A DNA stretch of 64,000 nt from Betaproteobacteria bacterium (GTDB lineage Bacteria > Pseudomonadota > Gammaproteobacteria > Burkholderiales > Burkholderiaceae), in assembly GCA_947453825.1 (NCBI GenBank), contig CANGHN010000002.1:48997-112996 (forward strand), in the 5' to 3' direction. Position numbers and translations under genes: made by a program. Below, piece by piece: positions 61,134 to 64,000 of this stretch; position 1 is the stretch's first letter; each line of letters starts with the position of its first letter. The notes under the pieces were generated by a model. It did no database searches. It saw only the letters and a program-made list of their open reading frames with translations, and had not been told where the DNA came from.

Positions 61134-62318
61134 ATGAATCCTTCTGAACTTCGCTCCACTCTGGCCTTAGCAGGCATCTTTGGCCTTCGTATGCTGGGCC
61201 TGTTTCTGCTTTTGCCCGTCTTTAGCATTCATGCCAAGGACCTGCCTGGGGGCGACCAAGCCTTCTTGATAGGGCTGGCACTAGGAATTTTTAATATTGT
61301 CCAGGCTTGTTTCCATATTCCCTTAGGCAGACTTTCCGATCGAATCGGTCGAAAAGCAGTCGTTTTATGGGGGCTGTCCTTGTTTGTTGCTGGGGCATTA
61401 ATTTGTGCCACCAAGGATGATTTGCTTTGGATCTCGATTGGAAGGGGGATCATGGGCGCTGGCGCAATTTCTGCGGCTGTTTCTGCTTGGGTTGCCGATC
61501 TGACTCGAGAGCAGGTGCGCAGTCAAGCTATGGCTATAGTCGGCGCCAGTATTTCTCTCTCATTTGCTATTTCATTAGTAGTTGCTGCTCCCCTTTATCG
61601 TACGATTAGCTTAAGTGGGATGTTTGTGGTTTTAGCAATCCTAGGTGCAGTAGCGATGGCAGTAGCGTATTTTGTATTGCCGGATAACAAACCTGAAGTC
61701 CTGGCGCAACAAGACTCACTCAAAGTTGTGTTTCTGCGCCCAGAGCTCATGCGTCTCAACTTAGGAGTATTTGTATTAAATGCTACCCAAGTAGCCATGT
61801 TCTTAGTGGTGCCACGTTTATTAGAGCAGGCTGGGTTTCCACTTGCCTCACATTGGCAAATTTATCTCTCAGTTGTTTTGCTCTCTTTTGTATTTATGGT
61901 TCCGCTATTAATTTACGGCGAGAAAAAACAGCGTATACGACTTGTACTATTGATCGCCATCATTCTGTTAGTGATTGCTCAAATCATTTTTACTCAAGCT
62001 GTAACTGTGAGCCTTATTACAGTGGCACTACTGATTTATTTCATCGGCTTTAATTTATTAGAAGCTCTGCAACCATCATTAGTTACTCGTTATGCAAAAG
62101 AATCAAAGGGAACGGCTTTGGGTGTTTACAACACCACGCAATCTATTGGCCTCTTTTCTGGTGCATTGTTAGGGGGGTATTTAATGGATAGCCATGGCAA
62201 TGCATCGGTCTTTGCAGTAGGTGCAGCCATGCTAGTTGGCTGGCTTATAATTGCTTGGTCGATGGGTGAAATGCCAACAAGAGCAACAGAATCAAAAGAC
62301 ATAGCCGCAGCTAAATAG
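61134..62318 (+). CDS. MFS transporter (YajR-like)
   Basis: LRMLGLFLLLPV, LGRLSDRIGRK motif A, FNLLEALQPS; between uvrA and ssb. Confidence 0.88.
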   Translation: MNPSELRSTLALAGIFGLRMLGLFLLLPVFSIHAKDLPGGDQAFLIGLALGIFNIVQACFHIPLGRLSDRIGRKAVVLWGLSLFVAGALICATKDDLLWISIGRGIMGAGAISAAVSAWVADLTREQVRSQAMAIVGASISLSFAISLVVAAPLYRTISLSGMFVVLAILGAVAMAVAYFVLPDNKPEVLAQQDSLKVVFLRPELMRLNLGVFVLNATQVAMFLVVPRLLEQAGFPLASHWQIYLSVVLLSFVFMVPLLIYGEKKQRIRLVLLIAIILLVIAQIIFTQAVTVSLITVALLIYFIGFNLLEALQPSLVTRYAKESKGTALGVYNTTQSIGLFSGALLGGYLMDSHGNASVFAVGAAMLVGWLIIAWSMGEMPTRATESKDIAAAK

Positions 62319-62384
62319 ATTGAATACAAGCAAGCAGTTCATTTTTAGTAGTACTAACAGTAGTAATTTTCTTCGGGAGACAAC

Positions 62385-62840
62385 ATGGCTTCGGTAAATA
62401 AAGTCATCATCGTAGGTAACGTAGGACGTGATCCGGAAACGCGTTACATGCCAAGCGGCGACGCAGTTACTAATATTTCAGTAGCAACATCTGATCGCTA
62501 CAAAGACAAACAAACTGGCGAGATGAAAGAAACCACAGAATGGCACCGCGTTGCATTCTTTGGCAAGCTTGCAGAGATTGCTGGTCAGTACCTTAAAAAA
62601 GGTTCCCAGGTTTATTGTGAAGGCCGTTTACGTACACGTAAATGGACGGATGCTAGTGGGCAAGAAAAGTATTCCACCGAGATCGTTGCAGAAACTATGC
62701 AAATGCTTGGTGGCAAGCCAGTAGGCGGAAGTGGTGATGGTGGCGAGAGCTATAGTCGCTCAAAGACGGCTGAGCAGTCTACGCCGGCAGCCTCAAACGC
62801 TGCATCACTCGGTGCAATGGATGACGATATTCCGTTCTAA
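62385..62840 (+). CDS. ssb: Single-stranded DNA-binding protein
   Basis: [17 protein letters not shown]-terminal DDDIPF. Confidence 0.97.
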   Translation: MASVNKVIIVGNVGRDPETRYMPSGDAVTNISVATSDRYKDKQTGEMKETTEWHRVAFFGKLAEIAGQYLKKGSQVYCEGRLRTRKWTDASGQEKYSTEIVAETMQMLGGKPVGGSGDGGESYSRSKTAEQSTPAASNAASLGAMDDDIPF

Positions 62841-62857
62841 GCAATTCCGGTAATAGC

Positions 62858-62893
62858 AAAAACCCCTTCTAGGATTTCCTACAAGGGGTTTTT
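62858..62893. terminator. Bidirectional intrinsic terminator (ssb / queF)
   Basis: AAAAACCCCTT-C-TAGGA-TT-TCCTA-C-AAGGGGTTTTT. Confidence 0.88.
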
Positions 62894-62915
62894 ATTTGCC
62901 TATAGATTGCATTAC

Positions 62916-63743
62916 TTACTGCCTTGCATGCCGAATATTCTCTGGCCAGGATGAATTGTGATCCGTGCGGAAAGGGTTGATATCTAAGCCGCCACGTCTT
63001 GTGTAACGAGCATATACAGAAAGTTTTTCAGGTTTACATTGGCGCTTGATATCCATAAAGATGGTTTCTACACAATGTTCATGAAATTCGCCAAGCTGTC
63101 TAAAGCCAATGAGGTAGCGCAATAAACCTTCTTCCAGGATGGGGCGTCCTTGATAGCGAATCTGCACACTCGCCCAATCGGGTTGACCGGTAACGGGGCA
63201 GTTTGACTTCAGGAGATGCGAGACTAGGCATTGCTCGATTGGGCCAAATGACTCATTTACTTCAAGTAGGCTTGGGTCTGCAGGTAGGCTTGGGTCTACT
63301 TCAATATCGAGGCGATCCATCAAAATACCGCCCATCTCTTGCATTCCTTTTTTACTAATGAGCTCTGCTGAGTTGATGCGAGCGGTGATTTTGCTGCCAG
63401 CGACTGCAGATAAATCAGTGATGAGCCGTTCTTTTACGGCACGCTCATCTTCAAAGCGGGCGCTGTTCAGGCTGTTGAGATAGAGCTTGAAAGATTTGGA
63501 CTCAATCATGTTTGGAGAGTCTGCAGGAATTTGAAATTCTGCCAGTGCAATTTGTGGCTTACCTTTTTGGTTGAGCCAACTCAGCTCAAACGCATTCCAA
63601 ATATCAATACCTACAAAAGGCAATGCTTGACCTTCTTTGAGACCGAGTTTTTTGCGGTTCTCAGTTCTTAGTATGGGAAATAGCAAACCCGGATCATATT
63701 GATCTGGGTATTGCGTTGATTGTCCGAGAGCTATTGTTGCCAT
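62916..63743 (-). CDS. queF: NADPH-dependent 7-cyano-7-deazaguanine reductase (bimodular type)
   Basis: DIWNAFELSWLN, IESKSFKLYLNS, SNCPVTGQPD, EFHEHCVE, YTRRGGLDINP. Confidence 0.96.
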   Translation of the reverse strand: MATIALGQSTQYPDQYDPGLLFPILRTENRKKLGLKEGQALPFVGIDIWNAFELSWLNQKGKPQIALAEFQIPADSPNMIESKSFKLYLNSLNSARFEDERAVKERLITDLSAVAGSKITARINSAELISKKGMQEMGGILMDRLDIEVDPSLPADPSLLEVNESFGPIEQCLVSHLLKSNCPVTGQPDWASVQIRYQGRPILEEGLLRYLIGFRQLGEFHEHCVETIFMDIKRQCKPEKLSVYARYTRRGGLDINPFRTDHNSSWPENIRHARQ

Positions 63744-63749
63744 TGAGAA

Positions 63750-63755
63750 AGCTTA
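63750..63755 (-). promoter_or_regulatory. -10 element TAAGCT, 6 nt before queF ATG
   Basis: Minus TAAGCT-ttctca-ATG(63743); no SD. Confidence 0.5.
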
Positions 63756-63760
63756 CAGCC

Positions 63761-64000
63761 TTACTGACTTTTTGGTTTATTGGATACGCCCGAGACAACA
63801 TGGCCTGTTGGGGCTACAGAAGCGGCAGATTGGCAGTGACCTGTTTGATCATCAAAGAAAAAGTCTGGCTCAAATTCTCGTAAGAACTCGCTCTTCGACA
63901 GGCCACCCAAGAACATGGCTTCATCCACATCGATACCCCATGCCATGAGGGTGCGAATAGCGCGCTCGTGTGCTGGTGCAGAGCGAGCAGTTACTAGTGC
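63761..64000 (-). CDS. 5'-nucleotidase family protein (C-terminal part; continues beyond window)
   Basis: ALVTARSAPAHERAIRTLMAWGIDVDEAMFLGG..PDFFFDDQ..GHV. Confidence 0.85.
   Translation of the reverse strand, partial: ALVTARSAPAHERAIRTLMAWGIDVDEAMFLGGLSKSEFLREFEPDFFFDDQTGHCQSAASVAPTGHVVSGVSNKPKSQ

Noticed and set aside
63744-63760. preQ1 riboswitch upstream of queF
   Set aside because: Only 17 bp of intergenic sequence and no aptamer-like motif

Overview
Gene-dense core-chromosome segment (about 45% GC by eye) of a genome-streamlined Burkholderiaceae betaproteobacterium. Gene order and compactness most resemble Polynucleobacter (inference). It holds about 78 CDS and one tRNA-Gln(UUG); no mobile element, prophage, CRISPR or rRNA was seen. 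Main blocks: gpx-FAD oxidoreductase-DUF1365-cfa-SDR lipid-modification operon; birA/coaX; lipBA; porin-glnK-amtB; gshAB plus a regulatory PTS; gpmA-ctpA-moeB; grxC-secB-gpsA; the aa3 cytochrome c oxidase cluster; rpoH (perfect CIRCE); ftsY; M16 pair-rsmD-coaD; TPR::lolB-ispE-tRNA-prs-rplY-pth; mutM-mutY; kdsD-kdsC-lptCAB-hpf-ptsN-hprK-rapZ with no rpoN; uvrA, MFS, ssb, queF. Most interesting signals: (1) 12 genes carry TAnnnT-N6-ATG and no usable Shine-Dalgarno, which suggests pervasive leaderless transcription, often from 11-37 bp divergent spacers; (2) a Cys-free TPR (LbcA-like)::LolB fusion; (3) tandem NtrC-like boxes with no sigma-54 promoter, together with rpoN missing from its usual locus; (4) a candidate furan-fatty-acid operon headed by a glutathione peroxidase. 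All calls come from reading motifs and synteny; no database search was run.
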